Under the pieces are notes generated by a model. The model searched no databases, was not told the DNA's origin, and worked only from the letters and a program-made list of their open reading frames with translations. 64,000 nt of DNA from an uncultured delta proteobacterium. GTDB taxonomy: Bacteria; Myxococcota; Myxococcia; Myxococcales; Myxococcaceae. Of this stretch, positions 40,114 through 49,316 are shown in pieces. The translations under genes and the position numbers were made by a program. Location: contig CAVQKE010000003.1 in NCBI GenBank assembly GCA_963713045.1, positions 736,001 through 800,000 of the forward strand, given 5' to 3'. How positions within the stretch are numbered: the stretch's first letter is position 1; every line of letters starts with the position of its first letter.

Positions 40114-41211
40114 ATGCCGGAAACGCCGTTCGCGTTCGGTCGCTACCAGCTTTTGGAGCGCCTCGCCGTGGGCGGGATGGCCGAGCTGTACCGGGCGCGT
40201 AGCGTGGCGGCTGCCGGCGTCAGCAAAGCGGTGGTGGTGAAGAAAATCCTCCCGGCCTTTGCCGGCCAGCGCGACTTCGTCCGGATGTTCATCAACGAGG
40301 CGAAAATTGCTGTCTCGCTGAGCCACGCCAACATCGCCCAAGTGTTCGACTTCGGCGAAGTCGACGGCGAGTACTACCTGGCCATGGAATATGTGCGCGG
40401 CCAGCCCCTCTCTAAAGTCATCCGGCGCGCACACGCCCTTGGCCTTCCGTGGCTGCCGGAGGAATACGCCGACTTCATCGCGATGGAGATGAGCAAGGGG
40501 CTGCAGTACGCACACAGCCGCACCGACGAGCTTCACCAGCCCCTCCACATCATCCACCGCGACGTCTCTCCCCAAAACGTCATCATCGGCTACGAGGGGG
40601 AGGTCAAACTGGTGGACTTCGGCATCGCCCGTGCTCGGGGTGCGACGGACTCCGAGCTGCGGGAAGGCGCGGTGAAGGGCAAATACCCTTACTTCTCCCC
40701 GGAGCAGGCCCGCGGCGACGAGGTGGACTTACGCACCGACGTCTACGCCACCGGCGTCGTCCTCTACCAGATGTGCTGCGGCCGCCTCCCCCACGAGGGG
40801 AAAATGGTGCAGACCATGCAGAGCATCCTGCGCGGACAATTCCCCGCGCCGCAGGCACTCAATCCGGGCCTCTCGCCAGAGCTGGAGAGCATCATCCTCA
40901 CCGCCATGGCCTTCTCGGCGCAGGGCCGCTACCCCAGCGCCGACGGGCTGGGGCACGCACTGGCCGACCACCTCCACCACACCGGGGTGCGCGTTTCCAG
41001 CCGCACCCTCGGTGAACTGATGTCCTTCCTCTTCGAGGCGGAACTGCGGGCCGACGGCGTCGAGCTACACCCGTCGCGCCGCGTCCTCGAGCAGCTGCCC
41101 AACTGGCGCCGGGGCGGCCCTCCGACCGCTGCGGACACCGAGACAAGCCACACCCTTTCGGCGCCCACCGCACCCGCGGAGAGCGTGGTGCGTCGGCCTG
41201 GAGCTTCCTGA
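40114..41211 (+). CDS. Hanks-type Ser/Thr protein kinase (cytoplasmic)
   Basis: GGMAELY, VVVK, HRDVSPQN, DFGIA, YFSPEQ, DVYATGV; no TM segment. Confidence 0.95.
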   Translation: MPETPFAFGRYQLLERLAVGGMAELYRARSVAAAGVSKAVVVKKILPAFAGQRDFVRMFINEAKIAVSLSHANIAQVFDFGEVDGEYYLAMEYVRGQPLSKVIRRAHALGLPWLPEEYADFIAMEMSKGLQYAHSRTDELHQPLHIIHRDVSPQNVIIGYEGEVKLVDFGIARARGATDSELREGAVKGKYPYFSPEQARGDEVDLRTDVYATGVVLYQMCCGRLPHEGKMVQTMQSILRGQFPAPQALNPGLSPELESIILTAMAFSAQGRYPSADGLGHALADHLHHTGVRVSSRTLGELMSFLFEAELRADGVELHPSRRVLEQLPNWRRGGPPTAADTETSHTLSAPTAPAESVVRRPGAS

Positions 41212-41362
41212 AGGCTGGGCCCCAGGCGCTTGCGCCGGCCTGACCTGGTCCAGCGGGTGACTTTCTTCGCCGGCGGTGTTTTCGGCGCCAAAGGGGGCCT
41301 TCAGGGCAGCCACCCTAGGCATGGCGGGGCCGCAGCCGATGGTGTAGGAAGCCGGGCCCGAC

Positions 41363-42214
41363 ATGCCCGACCTAGCGCCGCCCCTCAAGCTCGCCGTGGG
41401 CGATCGCGTCGTGTACCCGAACCAGGGCGTCTGCCGCGTGACGAGCGTCGAGGCGAAGGAGGTGGCCGGTCAGCGCCTCACCTTCGTCACCCTGCGCCGG
41501 GAGGAAGACGGCGCGCTGGTGATGGTGCCGGAGGCCAAGGTTCAGGCGATTGGCGTGCGCAAGATTGCAGGACGTGCCGAGGTGGAGCAGGTGGTGGACT
41601 TCCTGCGCTCCGACAGCGACCGGGCCACCCTGGACTGGAAGCAGCGCGCCCGCACCAACGTTGAGCGGATGAGCCAAGGGGGCGTGCTGGGGCTCGCCGA
41701 AGTGGTGAAGGGGTTGGCCGTCCTCAGCGAGCTGCGCCCGCTGCCCACCAAGGAACGCGAGCTGTACGACAACGCCCGCCACCTGCTGGTGGCGGAGCTG
41801 TCCGCCGCCCTCGACATCCCGCCCTGCGATGCCGAGGACACCTTTGACTTGGTGCTGTTTCCCCCCGGCCGCGAGCGCCCCAAGCGCACCGTGGAGGAGT
41901 TCGCTCGGCCCCCAGAGGAAGGCGACCTCGAGGCCCTGGGCGACGAGATGCTTGACCTCGATGCGGACCTCGAGCTGGCGCCGGAAGAGGCTCAGGCGGA
42001 GGCCGAGGCCACCGACGAGGAGGTGCAGGCGCTGGCACCACCGCCGGCGGCCACGGGGAAGCCCAAGGCGAAAAAAGCAGCCGCCAAGGGTAAGCCTCCG
42101 CCGGCCAAAGCCAAGCCCCGGGCTGCGAGCAAGCCGAAGCCGGCGGCTAAGCCCACCAAGAGTCGGCCTGCGAAGCCGAAGAAGCCCACCCCCAAGCGAG
42201 CGAGAAAACGGTGA
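41363..42214 (+). CDS. carD: CarD global regulator (CarD/CdnL/TRCF domain + acidic region + Lys/Pro/Ala-rich tail)
   Basis: VGDRVVYPNQGVCRV, LDWKQR, ARHLLVAEL; acidic then basic C-terminus; coupled to carG. Confidence 0.93.
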   Translation: MPDLAPPLKLAVGDRVVYPNQGVCRVTSVEAKEVAGQRLTFVTLRREEDGALVMVPEAKVQAIGVRKIAGRAEVEQVVDFLRSDSDRATLDWKQRARTNVERMSQGGVLGLAEVVKGLAVLSELRPLPTKERELYDNARHLLVAELSAALDIPPCDAEDTFDLVLFPPGRERPKRTVEEFARPPEEGDLEALGDEMLDLDADLELAPEEAQAEAEATDEEVQALAPPPAATGKPKAKKAAAKGKPPPAKAKPRAASKPKPAAKPTKSRPAKPKKPTPKRARKR

Positions 42215-42723
42215 TTCGCGTCGTCAGCTTCGACCCCTATGACCCGGCGGTCATCCAACGGCTGTGCCGGCTACTGTTTCAGGCTTTCGGCGTGGGCTGC
42301 GACAGTGCCGGGGAGATGGCCGTCCCTGCCGGAATGACGGCGCCGTTTGACGCCGCGGCCCTGGTCCGTGCCGCGCCGTCGCCGAGGGTGTATGCCGACG
42401 ACCGGGTGCTGTACCTGACGGCCCGTCCCCTCAAGGACAGAAACCTGGTGTCCGGCGTGGCACCCACCCAAGGCTTCGCCGAGTACGGCGGCCAGCGCGC
42501 CCTCATCACCACCCATGGCATGAAGGACGTCGAGGCCTCGCTGAAGCTCGTCGCCCGTTACGCGATGCACCAACTTGGCCACTGCTGGGACGTGCACCAC
42601 TGCCTCGACCCGCGCTGCGCCATGTATCCGCCCTGGACTCCTTCCTTCAGCGCGGGCGACGCGACCTTCGACACTTTCTGCCGCGAGAAGAGCGAGCAGA
42701 AAATCCGCCTTGCCAAGTCTTAA
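42211..42723 (+). CDS. carG: CarG zinc-binding adaptor (inactive archaemetzincin-like)
   Basis: HQLGHCWDVHHCLDPRCAM: metzincin motif with Gln in place of the catalytic Glu; GTGA overlap with carD. Confidence 0.9.
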   Translation: MIRVVSFDPYDPAVIQRLCRLLFQAFGVGCDSAGEMAVPAGMTAPFDAAALVRAAPSPRVYADDRVLYLTARPLKDRNLVSGVAPTQGFAEYGGQRALITTHGMKDVEASLKLVARYAMHQLGHCWDVHHCLDPRCAMYPPWTPSFSAGDATFDTFCREKSEQKIRLAKS

Positions 42724-43639
42724 GCCGCTTTCTGTCCGCCTGGCCGCTGCCGAGGCCGTGGGCTTCGTCTTGGTGGCAGTGCTGGCCCTGGCGTTTCAAG
42801 CTTGGTTGCCAACGGTGCTGCCCAAGGACACGGACGAGGGCGCCGTCGCCGACGTCCTCGCCCGCGAGGCTGTCGCCGGCGACGTGGTCCTGCTCCATCC
42901 CTGGTGGACGGAGCGCGCGCGGCTTTTTCTGCCGCCGGGCCTTCCCGTCACCGGCTACCTGGGGGACGAGACCGACGCCTTGCTCGAGCATCCGCGCATC
43001 TGGGTGCTGTCGCAGCCGGCGCTGCCTTACACCCGGCAAGCCTCCTTCGCGGGCGGCTTCTCCCCCGGCCGGACACCGCTTGGCCCAGAACGCCGGTTTG
43101 GCTCACTCGTCCTGCGTCTGTACCGAAACGGGCGGGCCCGACCGGTGCGCTTCTCGGCAGCCGAGGCGCTGGGGACGGCCTCGGCGGCGGTGGAGGTCCC
43201 GGGCGCAGGCCGAACGGAATGTGTCCGCCAGGGCTCGAGCTTTCAATGCCCGGGTGGAGTCCGGCTCGAGTCGGGGTTGCACGAGGTGCTGTACCGCCCC
43301 ACCCGCTGCCTCTTCATCATTCCCCCCGGTGGCCCGGGGGCGGTGGAAGTCACCTTTGAGGGTGTGCCGGCAGCGGCGGAGCTCCGCTTGGAGGCCGGCA
43401 TCATCTGGGAGCACGCCTGGAAGCATGAGCGGACCCCCCTTCACGCCGAAGTGACCGACGCCGACACCGGCGCCCCACTGACTTCTGTCGTCGTGCCGTC
43501 CGGCACCGAGGGCTTCGTCGTCTCGGAGGCGCCGGGCGGCGCCCACCGCCTCCGGCTGCGCGTCCAGTCCGACAAAGCGCACGAGCGCGAGGCGTGCATT
43601 CGTCTTCGGGCCCTGGACGCCCCGCAGGCCGCTCCGTGA
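42710..43639 (+). CDS. Hypothetical membrane-anchored protein (start approximate)
   Basis: N-terminal TM; GDVVLL..RIWVLS segment resembles GT-C C-terminal domains; overlaps both neighbours. Confidence 0.7.
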   Translation: MPSLKPLSVRLAAAEAVGFVLVAVLALAFQAWLPTVLPKDTDEGAVADVLAREAVAGDVVLLHPWWTERARLFLPPGLPVTGYLGDETDALLEHPRIWVLSQPALPYTRQASFAGGFSPGRTPLGPERRFGSLVLRLYRNGRARPVRFSAAEALGTASAAVEVPGAGRTECVRQGSSFQCPGGVRLESGLHEVLYRPTRCLFIIPPGGPGAVEVTFEGVPAAAELRLEAGIIWEHAWKHERTPLHAEVTDADTGAPLTSVVVPSGTEGFVVSEAPGGAHRLRLRVQSDKAHEREACIRLRALDAPQAAP

Positions 43640-45462
43640 CTCGGGGCCCCAGCCGCACCGACCGACGCATCGCCTGGGCGCTCTTCTTCTGCGGCTTCGC
43701 CTTGTTGTGGGCGACCGAGGCAGCGGTCGGGTTCGTGCGCGACGAGACCGTCTATTTCGCCGCCAGCGAGCAAGTGGTGCGCTGGCTGCACTATCTGCTG
43801 ACGGCGCCCGGCCGGGCGGTCAGCGAAGCCGTCACCACACAGGCCTTTGACTTCAACCACGAGCACCCGCTGGGCATGAAGCTGCTCTTCGGCCTGTCCT
43901 GGCAGCTGTTTCACGAGTCGCTGGGCCTGGTGCGGCCAGCCGCCGGCTTCCGGATTCCGGCGTTTGCGTTGGCTGCCTGCATTCCTTCGGTGCTGCACGC
44001 CTGGGGCAGCGTCCTCTATGGGCGCCGTGCTGGGCTGTTTGCCGCTTTGTGCTTTCTCGCTGTCCCCCGCCACTTCTTCCACGCGCACCTGGCCTGCTTC
44101 GACATGCCGGTGGCCGCTTTCTGGCTGTTGGTGGTGTACGCCTTCTGGCGCGCTGAGACGGACCGCTGGTGGTGGCTGTGGACGGGACTGCTGTGGGGAG
44201 CAGCGGTGGCCACCAAGCACAACGCGCTGTTTCTGCCGCCGGTGCTGCTGCCCTTCGTCATCGCACGGGCCGTCAGCGCGAGCCGCGGAAAGCCCGCGGC
44301 TCGCAAGATTTTGCAACAGGCGGTTGGACTGGTGGCTGCGGCAGCGGCGCTTTTCGGGCTTCTGGCCCTGCTCCTCACCCCCGAGGGCCTTCTTCGGAGC
44401 TGGAACTTCCTCAGCCCGCCGACGGCGGTGGTGGTGCTGCTGGCCGCGGCGCTCATCCGGCTCGGCGTCCGGCTGTACCACACCGATGGCCCCACCTTTC
44501 GCGCCGTGGCGCCCCTCGGCGCGATGGGCTTGTTGGGCCCGGCGGTGCTGTACCTGGTCTGGCCGTGGCTCTGGTACCACCCGGTGGACCGCTTCGCGGC
44601 CTACCTGGAATTTCACGCAACCCATGTGCACTACGCTTGGACGTACCTCGGCACGGTGCTGCGGGAGCCGCCCTTTCCCGTCACCTACGTGCTGGTGGTG
44701 ACGGCGTTGACTCTGCCCCTCTCAGTCCTCGCGCCGATGGCCGTTGGGCTGCTGTCGCTTGGCGCCCGTGCGCTGGCCGACCTGCGGGCCGCCTGGCGCG
44801 CGCGCATCAGCGCGCCGGCCAGTGCCGCGGAGGTGCTGGTGGGAGTCAACGCGCTCGCCTCCATTGTCCTCATCTCCTTTCCGGACGTGCCCCACTTCGG
44901 CGGGGTGAAGCACTGGCTGCCCTCCATGCCCTTTCTGGCGCTTCTGGCCGGACGTCAGGTGCAAGTCGCCGGGGAAGGGCTGACCGCTTTCCTTGGGCCG
45001 CGGCTTCGGTGGCTTCCAGCGCTCGCGGTGACGCCCCTGGTGGGGGCACTGCTTCTTCTTCCGGCAGCGACGCTGACCGCCCACTTCCACCCGTACGGCA
45101 CAAGTGCCTATGGCGAGCTGGCCGGCGGCGCCCCGGGCGCTGCTTCGCTGGGCATGCAGCGGCAGTACTGGAGCAACAACGTCACAGGTGTGCTGGGGTG
45201 GGTAAATGCGCATGCGCCCCGCGGCGCACGCATCTGGCTTCATGAGGTGGTGTCCTTTCGGGATTACCAGCGCAACGGGATGCTTCGGGCAGACTTGCAG
45301 GCCGCCAATGGTCCGGCGGATGCGGACGTCGCCGTGGTGCAGTACCATCAGGAATTCCGCGAGCAGGAGGTGGCAGTCTGGCAAGCCTTCGGCACGACTC
45401 GCCCGGTCATGGGTCTCTACATTGACGAGACGCCACAGGTAGTCGTCTACCAACGCCGTTGA
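43636..45462 (+). CDS. GT-C fold glycosyltransferase (ArnT/PMT_2 family)
   Basis: RDETVY (DE motif after TM1), EHPLGMK, CFDMP, ATKHNA; many TM helices. Confidence 0.88.
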   Translation: MTRGPSRTDRRIAWALFFCGFALLWATEAAVGFVRDETVYFAASEQVVRWLHYLLTAPGRAVSEAVTTQAFDFNHEHPLGMKLLFGLSWQLFHESLGLVRPAAGFRIPAFALAACIPSVLHAWGSVLYGRRAGLFAALCFLAVPRHFFHAHLACFDMPVAAFWLLVVYAFWRAETDRWWWLWTGLLWGAAVATKHNALFLPPVLLPFVIARAVSASRGKPAARKILQQAVGLVAAAAALFGLLALLLTPEGLLRSWNFLSPPTAVVVLLAAALIRLGVRLYHTDGPTFRAVAPLGAMGLLGPAVLYLVWPWLWYHPVDRFAAYLEFHATHVHYAWTYLGTVLREPPFPVTYVLVVTALTLPLSVLAPMAVGLLSLGARALADLRAAWRARISAPASAAEVLVGVNALASIVLISFPDVPHFGGVKHWLPSMPFLALLAGRQVQVAGEGLTAFLGPRLRWLPALAVTPLVGALLLLPAATLTAHFHPYGTSAYGELAGGAPGAASLGMQRQYWSNNVTGVLGWVNAHAPRGARIWLHEVVSFRDYQRNGMLRADLQAANGPADADVAVVQYHQEFREQEVAVWQAFGTTRPVMGLYIDETPQVVVYQRR

Positions 45463-45504
45463 CGTCCAGCCGACATTCTCCGAGAGCACAAGGGGAGGAA
45501 CCCC

Positions 45505-46020
45505 ATGGCCAGAACGCTAGTGGTGGCCTTCGGCGCAGCAGGGCTTCTGGGGGCCTGCAACACCAAACCCAGTTCGCCGCCAGTTGCTCACCGGATGGAA
45601 ATCCGCACGGTGACGGGCAACACCGTGCAATTCATCCCCGCGCCGGACCAACTGCCGTACTGCCTCATCTACACCCAGTCGGACAAAGGCGTGACGCGGC
45701 AGATGACGATGACCCAAAGCAACCGCTCCGTCCCCTGTCCGGCCGGCGAACCCGTCATGGGACGTCGCTTTCGCATCCCCGCCGACGAAGGCCGGGTGCG
45801 CGTCCGCGTCCTCTTCTCAGACCAGCGTCTGGAAGCGGCGGCCCTCGCCTCGCAGGTGGTGGACATGGCCAGTCCGAACTTCGACCCAATCGAGCTTCGC
45901 CTCCCGGGGCACGTGGTGCTGGAATCCCTGGACTTCGTCCCCAGTGAGGAGCTCCCGCCGGTGGTGGGCCAAGTGGTCAAGCCAGCTTCCGACGGCGGCA
46001 GCTTCACCGCGCCCCGCTAA
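45505..46020 (+). CDS. Hypothetical lipoprotein
   Basis: GGAGG RBS; LLGA-C lipobox. Confidence 0.8.
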   Translation: MARTLVVAFGAAGLLGACNTKPSSPPVAHRMEIRTVTGNTVQFIPAPDQLPYCLIYTQSDKGVTRQMTMTQSNRSVPCPAGEPVMGRRFRIPADEGRVRVRVLFSDQRLEAAALASQVVDMASPNFDPIELRLPGHVVLESLDFVPSEELPPVVGQVVKPASDGGSFTAPR

Positions 46021-47486
46021 GCTTTTGGCAAACGCGTCCACACCGTCTTGGTGGACAGGTAATTCTCCAAGGCGTGCTGGGAGAGGTCCCGCCCCCAGCC
46101 GGATTCCTTGACGCCTCCGAAGGGTGCCGCGTCGTCGAATTCATTGAAGCAGTTAATCCACACCACGCCACTCCTCAGCTGCCGCGCCAGCGCGTGGGCC
46201 CGGGCCACATCCCGCGTCCAGAGGCTGGCGGCGAGGCCGTAGCGACTCGCATTGGCCACCCGGATGGCCTCGGCGGCGTCGGCCACCCGGAGGCAGGCCA
46301 GCACTGGACCGAAAATCTCCTCCTGCGCAATTCGCATTCCGGGCTGGACGTCGGCGAAGACGGTGGGCTGGACGAAGTTTCCGCGCGCCTTGTCCCCTTC
46401 GACGTCCCGGAAGCCACCAGCCACCAGCCGAGCGCCCTCCGCTTTCCCCGAAGCGACGTAGCCGAGGATGGTGTCCATCTGCCGCCGGGAAATTTGGGCC
46501 CCCATCTCCGTCGCCGGGTCCAGTGGGTCCCCCAACCGCAGCCGGCGCGCGCGCTCTGCCAGTTGGGCGACGAACGCCTCGTAGGCCTCCGCCTGCACCA
46601 GCACCCGGGAACCGGCGCTGCACACCTCCCCCTTGCAGCCAAAAATGCCCCAAATGCACGCCTCGACAGCCGCTGGGAAGTCCGCGTCGGCCAGAACAAT
46701 TTGCGGACTCTTCCCGCCGAGCTCGAGCGAGAGGCGTTTGAGGTTGCTGTCCGCCGAGGCATGCAGCAGCCGCCGGGCGGTGCGGATGGAGCCGGTGAAG
46801 GCCACCTGGTCCACCCCGGGGTGGCGGGCCAGCGCCTCCCCCGCCGGCTCGCCCTCACCGGGAAGGACGTTGAGGACGCCATCCGGGAGGCCCACCTCGC
46901 GTGCCAACTCGCCAAGCTTCATCGCGGTGTACGGCGTCAGCTCGGACGGCTTGAGGACCACCGTGCAGCCGGTGGCCAGCGCCGGCCCCAACTTCCAGCA
47001 GGCAAGGCTGGTTGGGTAATTCCACGGGACAATGGCGGCGACCACGCCCACCGGTTCACGCAACACGTAGGTGAGAAAGGGCCCGTCCACCGGCACCACC
47101 TGGCCGAGAAATTTGTTGGCCCATTCCGATGCGTAGGCCAGCGTTGTCGCGCCGGGGGCCACGTCGCCGCTGAGGGCCTCCCGGAAGGTCTTGCCGTTGT
47201 TGAGAGATTCGATGAGCGCGAATTCCTCGCGCCGCTCCCACAGCGCATCGGCCAGCTTGCGCAACAGTCGCCCCCGCTCGCCGGCATTCATCCTCGGCCA
47301 CGCGCCGGCGTCGAAGGCCTGCCGCGCGGCGCCGACGGCAGCCTCGACGTCGCGCGCACTGGCGGCTGGCGCATCCGGCAGCTTCTCGCCGGTGGCGGGG
47401 TTGGTCACCGAGAGGCGCCCCCCTTCCAGAGGAGACACCGAGCGGCCGCCAATGAGGAGCTGGAGCACCGGCCATTGCGGTGTCAT
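46017..47486 (-). CDS. NAD(P)-dependent aldehyde dehydrogenase
   Basis: PWNYP, KPSE, FTGS, LELGGKSP, catalytic Cys in GEVCSAG, EEIFGP, PFGGVKESG. Confidence 0.95.
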   Translation of the reverse strand: MTPQWPVLQLLIGGRSVSPLEGGRLSVTNPATGEKLPDAPAASARDVEAAVGAARQAFDAGAWPRMNAGERGRLLRKLADALWERREEFALIESLNNGKTFREALSGDVAPGATTLAYASEWANKFLGQVVPVDGPFLTYVLREPVGVVAAIVPWNYPTSLACWKLGPALATGCTVVLKPSELTPYTAMKLGELAREVGLPDGVLNVLPGEGEPAGEALARHPGVDQVAFTGSIRTARRLLHASADSNLKRLSLELGGKSPQIVLADADFPAAVEACIWGIFGCKGEVCSAGSRVLVQAEAYEAFVAQLAERARRLRLGDPLDPATEMGAQISRRQMDTILGYVASGKAEGARLVAGGFRDVEGDKARGNFVQPTVFADVQPGMRIAQEEIFGPVLACLRVADAAEAIRVANASRYGLAASLWTRDVARAHALARQLRSGVVWINCFNEFDDAAPFGGVKESGWGRDLSQHALENYLSTKTVWTRLPKA

Positions 47487-47650
47487 CGTGCGCGGGTCAG
47501 TCATCCATGACTCACTCCAGGCCTGTGCCAGGCGGGCCAGCTCGGCCCCTCTCGCATGCAATGCTGCACTGCCAGTACGCGTCAAGGCGACCGTTTCGTC
47601 CACCATCGCCCACACCTGCGCTGCGCCGCTTCTTGCAAGCCCTCTGCAAG

Positions 47651-48424
47651 GTGAGCAGCTGGAGCAGCACAGTGGCGCGGTGGCGGCGTCAGGCCCGGTA
47701 CCTGGGCGGCTACCTTCGGTTCGACCCCTCGGGGAACCGCGTCCGGCGGCGCACCGACTTCTCCATCTGCCCGCGGCCGGTGCTGCTGCTGTACGGACTG
47801 CTCAGCACCCGGCGAAGCTGCGAGGTTCTGGAGCGCCGGCTTCGCCGAGACGGCTACGGCGTCTTCTCCATCGACCTCGGCGGCTTGGGCGGCGTCTTCA
47901 ACAGCCGCGGCATTGACCAGAGTGCGGAGTTGGTGCGCGACAAAGTGGAGCGGCTGTACGCGCGCTACCCGCTGGGGCCGCTCAGCATCATTGGCCACAG
48001 CAAGGGCGGCCTCATCGGCCGCTACTACATCGAGCGGCTGGGGGGCCATGAAAGGGTGCGCACCCTGGTGACGCTTGGGACGCCGCACCAGGGGACACCT
48101 TTCGCCTACCTGGGCTGCGCGACCGTGGGTTGGTTCGCCCCCAGCGTCTGGCAGATGACGCCGCGCTCGGCCTTCCTGCGTCGGCTCAACCTCGGCCCCT
48201 GGCCGGCCGGGGTGGGACTGGTTTCGGTGTACTCGCGCGCCGACGGCTGCACGCCCTTTCCCTCTGGGCGTCTGCCTGTTCTGGGAGGCGAGCAGTCTAA
48301 AAACGTCGAGTTGCCTGGCCTCCGCCACCGGGACTTCCTCATCGCCCGCTCGGCATACCAGGTGGTGCAGCGCGTGCTGGCCGCGCCGCTTCATGCCGAA
48401 GAGGGGGTTGCCGAGGCCAGCTGA
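47651..48424 (+). CDS. Alpha/beta hydrolase (lipase/esterase; start approximate)
   Basis: PVLLLYG, GHSKGG nucleophile elbow, TLGTPHQGT, SRADG, His near the C-terminus. Confidence 0.88.
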   Translation: MSSWSSTVARWRRQARYLGGYLRFDPSGNRVRRRTDFSICPRPVLLLYGLLSTRRSCEVLERRLRRDGYGVFSIDLGGLGGVFNSRGIDQSAELVRDKVERLYARYPLGPLSIIGHSKGGLIGRYYIERLGGHERVRTLVTLGTPHQGTPFAYLGCATVGWFAPSVWQMTPRSAFLRRLNLGPWPAGVGLVSVYSRADGCTPFPSGRLPVLGGEQSKNVELPGLRHRDFLIARSAYQVVQRVLAAPLHAEEGVAEAS

Positions 48425-48439
48425 AGGCCCCTAGGGACG

Positions 48440-48742
48440 CTAGGCCGGCAGTTTCGCAGTAAGCACGTCCACCTGCTCAATGGTGGGCGCCTGAGCCAGT
48501 AACTCCGGGGCCTTCGCCAGCAACGCGGCAGCGAGGCGGCCCGCCAGGTGCGCCTGGCGTCCAGCGCTGTCTGGGAAGACGTCGAAAATTCCGAACGTGG
48601 TGGGCCCCATCCGAATGGCAAACCAGGCGGTGGTGGCCGGCTCGGCCTGCACCAACGGCAGGCCAGCCTGTAGCAACCGATTGACGTCCGCTTCCTTGCC
48701 TGGCTTGGCCTCCAGGCGAACCAGCAATCCGACAGACACCAT
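48440..48742 (-). CDS. Antibiotic biosynthesis monooxygenase (ABM) family protein
   Basis: LEAKPGKE, EPATTAWFA, FGIFDVF, RQAHLAG; AAGGAG RBS. Confidence 0.9.
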   Translation of the reverse strand: MVSVGLLVRLEAKPGKEADVNRLLQAGLPLVQAEPATTAWFAIRMGPTTFGIFDVFPDSAGRQAHLAGRLAAALLAKAPELLAQAPTIEQVDVLTAKLPA

Positions 48743-48866
48743 GGGTGGGCTCCTTTGTTGGGGGAAAGCCTCCATACGCCCGGGGGAAGGCGGTGGATAC
48801 AGGCCGCCCGATGCGCGTCCATCAGTTGCCAGGTGGGCCGTGCTCTTTTTTGCTTTAGTTTCCCCC

Positions 48867-49316
48867 GTGCCTGGTCGTTGGGAGCGCCTTCTCGAGCAAA
48901 AGCCCGTCCCGCTGTTGGAGCAGCTTCTGCTGGAGGTAGCGAGCTTGTTGCGCCAGGAACTCGACGTTTGGCCGCTTCCCATGGAAGAGTTGGACGTCGC
49001 CACCGGCCGCGGCTTTGCCGAGCTGCTGGCCGCCGGTGCGCCCCGGCCCGCCGAGGCCGTCTTCACTGAAGCGCTGAGGCTCGCCCGCTGGGATTTGGAG
49101 CGCGCCACCGACGCCGTGGATGACTACTTCCGCAACCGTCGCTATGGCCCGGCCGGCCTCGTCCCGGCGGACCGTCCGGCCCTCCTTCTCATCAGCCGCT
49201 GGCTGGTGGAACAGCTGCTCAGCCTGGGAGAGGCAACCCATGCCCGGGTGAAGCGGCCGGAGATGGTGCGCGTCCTGGCCCGGCTGGAAGCCGGCCGCGC
49301 TAGCGCACCCGAGTGA
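48867..49316 (+). CDS. Hypothetical helical protein (start approximate)
   Basis: Protein-like helical sequence with GC3 bias; fills the gap between minus-strand genes. Confidence 0.65.
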   Translation: MPGRWERLLEQKPVPLLEQLLLEVASLLRQELDVWPLPMEELDVATGRGFAELLAAGAPRPAEAVFTEALRLARWDLERATDAVDDYFRNRRYGPAGLVPADRPALLLISRWLVEQLLSLGEATHARVKRPEMVRVLARLEAGRASAPE

